NCBI GenBank assembly: GCA_964016885.1
Contig: CAXHJY010000096.1
Coordinates: 2,728,001 to 2,792,000 of the forward strand
DNA length: 64,000 nucleotides
Source: Eledone cirrhosa
Lineage: Eukaryota
Reading direction: 5' to 3'
A program made the translations under genes and the position numbers. The notes under the pieces are model-generated. The model did no database searches. It saw only the letters and a program-made list of their open reading frames with translations, and was not told where the DNA came from. Below are positions 62,110 to 64,000 of this stretch, in pieces. The number at the start of each line of letters is the position of its first letter. Position 1 is the first letter of the stretch.

Positions 62110-64000
62110 AGATAATTTGTAAAAAAATCAGGGGGAGATAATTTGTAAAAAAAAAATCAGGGGGAGATAATTTGTAAAAAAAATCAGGGGGAGATAATTT
62201 GTAAAAAAAAATCAGGGGTAGATAAATTGTAAAAAAAAATCAGGGGGAGATAATTTGTAAAAAAAATCAGGGGGAGATAATTTGTAAAAAAAATGAAAGG
62301 GGAGATAATATCCAGCCGTCCAAGGGGAGATAATTTCCAGCCGTCCAAGGGGAGATAATTTCCAGCCGTCCAAGGGGAGATAATTTCCATCCTTCCAAGG
62401 GGATATAATTTCCAGCCGTCCAAGGGGAGATAATTTCCCGCCAGCCAAGGGAAGATAATTTTTAAAAAAATCAGGCGGAGATTGTAAAAAAAATCAGGGG
62501 GGAGATAATTTGTAAAAAAATCAGGGGGAGATAATTTGTAAAAAATAATCAGGGGGAGATAATTTGTAAAAAAAAATCAAGGGGAGATAATTTCCAGCCG
62601 TCCAAGGGGAGATAATTTCCCGCCAGCCAAGGGAAGATAATATTTAAAAAAATTAGGCGGAGATAATTTGTAAAAAAAATCAGGGGGAGATAATTTGTAA
62701 AAAAATCAGGGGGAGATAATTTGTAAAAAAAATCAGGGGGAGATAATTTGTAAAAAAAATCATGGGGAGATAATTTGTAAAAAAAAATCAGGGGTAGATA
62801 ATTTGTAAAAAAAAATCAGGGGGAGATAATTTGTAAAAAAAAATCAGGGGGAGATAATTTGTAAAAAAAATCAAGGGGAGATAATTTCCAGCCGTCCAAG
62901 GGGAGATAATTTTCAGCTGTCCAAGGAGAGGTAATTTCTAGCCGTCCAAGGGGAGATAATTTCCAGCCGTCCAAGGGGAGGTAATTTCCAGCCGTCCAAG
63001 GGGAGATAATTTTAAAAAAAAAATCAGGCGGAGATAATTTGTAAAAAAAATCAAGGGGAGATAATTTGCAGCCGTCCAAGGGGAGATAATTTTCAGTCGT
63101 CCAAGGAGAGGTAATTTCTAGCCGTCCAAGAGGAGATAATTGCCAGCCGTCCAAGGGGAGATAATTTCCAGCCGTCCAAGGGGAGATAATTTTTTTTAAA
63201 AAATCAGGCGGAGATAATTTGTAAAAAAAATCAGGGGGAGATAATTTGTAAAAAAAATCAGGGGGAGATAATTTGTAAAAAAAAATCAGGGGTAGATAAT
63301 TTGTAAAAAAAAATCAGGGGGAGATAATTTGTAAAAAAAATCAAGGGGAGATAATTTCCAGCCGTCCAAGGGAAGATAATTTCCAGCCCTCCAAGGGGCT
63401 ATAATTTCCAGCGTCCAAGGGGAGATAATTTCCAGCCAGCGAAGGGGAGATAATTTTTTAAAAAAAATCATTGGGAGATTTGTAAAAAAAATCAGGGGGA
63501 GATAATTTGTAAAAAAAATCAAGGGGAGATAATTTCCAGCCGTCCAAGGGGAGGTAATATCTAGCCGTCCAAGGGTAGATAATTTCCAGCCGTCCAACGG
63601 GAGATAATTTCCAGCCGTCCAAGGGTAGATAATATCCAGCCGCCCAAGGACATATTTTCCAGCCGTCCAAGGAGAGGTAATTTCTAGCCGTCCAAGGGGA
63701 GATAATTTCCAGCCGTCCAAGGGTAGATAATATCCAGCCGTCCAAGGACATATTTTCCAGCCGTCCAAGGAGAGGTAATTTCTAGCCGTCCAAGGGGAGA
63801 TAAATTCCAGCCTCCAAGGGGAGATAATTTCCAGCCAGCCAAGGGGAGATAATTTGTAAAAAAATCAAGGGGAGATAATTTGTAAAAAAAATCAGGGGGA
63901 GATAATTTGTAAAAAAAAATCAGGGGGAGATAATTTGTAAAAAAAAATCAGGGGGAGATAATTTGCAAAAAAAATCAGGGGGAGATAATTTGTAAAAAAA
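62110..64000 (+). repeat. Long-range copy of ~23900-25790 (offset 38,212); the last ~730 bp also match the window start (offset 63,267)
   Basis: Offsets 23972->62184 and 25074->63286 (38212). Rare variant CAGCTGTCC at ~24702 and ~62914. An identical 97-aa pseudo-ORF lies at 191 and 63458. Confidence 0.83.

Larger units (their letters stand above)
1..64000 (+). repeat. Composite tandem satellite array of two interspersed monomer families (A 26-30 bp, B 25 bp) sharing the core GGGGAGATAATTT; runs off both window ends
   Basis: Seen directly: the core or a close variant recurs every 23-30 bp from first to last base, always in the same orientation, with no intervening non-repeat sequence found by eye. 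Confidence 0.99.

Noticed and set aside
191-63768. All minus-strand ORFs of 61-160 aa as real genes
   Set aside because: They overlap in several frames, are pure translations of the two monomers, mostly begin at TTG-type alternative starts, and are broken by A-tract length changes with no frame preservation.
1-64000. CRISPR array (constant repeat plus variable spacer)
   Set aside because: The constant part is only 13 bp, the intervening sequences fall into two families of ~12-17 bp instead of unique ~30-bp spacers, and there is no leader or cas gene.
1-64000. Inversions, transposon insertions, poly(A)-tailed retrocopies or terminators
   Set aside because: No reverse-orientation core (AAATTATCTCCCC) or foreign sequence was seen by eye; the A-tracts are integral parts of the monomer.
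1-64000. Synthetic or simulated sequence, or pure sequencing artefact
   Set aside because: Hierarchically shared private variants and nested duplications look like natural descent. Local mis-assembly of individual junctions cannot be excluded without reads.

Overview
The whole 64-kb window is one uninterrupted tandem-repeat (satellite-type) array in a single orientation. I see no unique sequence, transposon, RNA gene or credible protein-coding gene. It is built from two monomer families sharing a 13-bp core, GGGGAGATAATTT. Type A is AGGGGGAGATAATTTGT(A)7-11TC (26-30 bp, ~30% GC). Type B is AAGGGGAGATAATTTCCAGCCGTCC (25 bp, 52% GC). They alternate in runs (roughly 2,400 monomers in total, estimated as 64,000/~26 bp). 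Diagnostic variant monomers show nested higher-order structure: ~100-bp cassettes, 0.2-0.5-kb duplications, an irregular 3.6-8.5-kb higher-order unit present about 10 times, and long-range near-identical segments at offsets of ~12, 25, 29.5 and 38 kb. All listed ORFs are minus-strand read-throughs of the repeat and are treated as artefacts. The most notable signals are the binary A/B architecture around a GATA-motif core, T(n)A(m) tracts whose T/A boundary slides while total length stays constant, and readable recombination junctions between diverged higher-order copies. Organism and chromosomal role cannot be determined from the sequence; a eukaryotic heterochromatic satellite is an inference.
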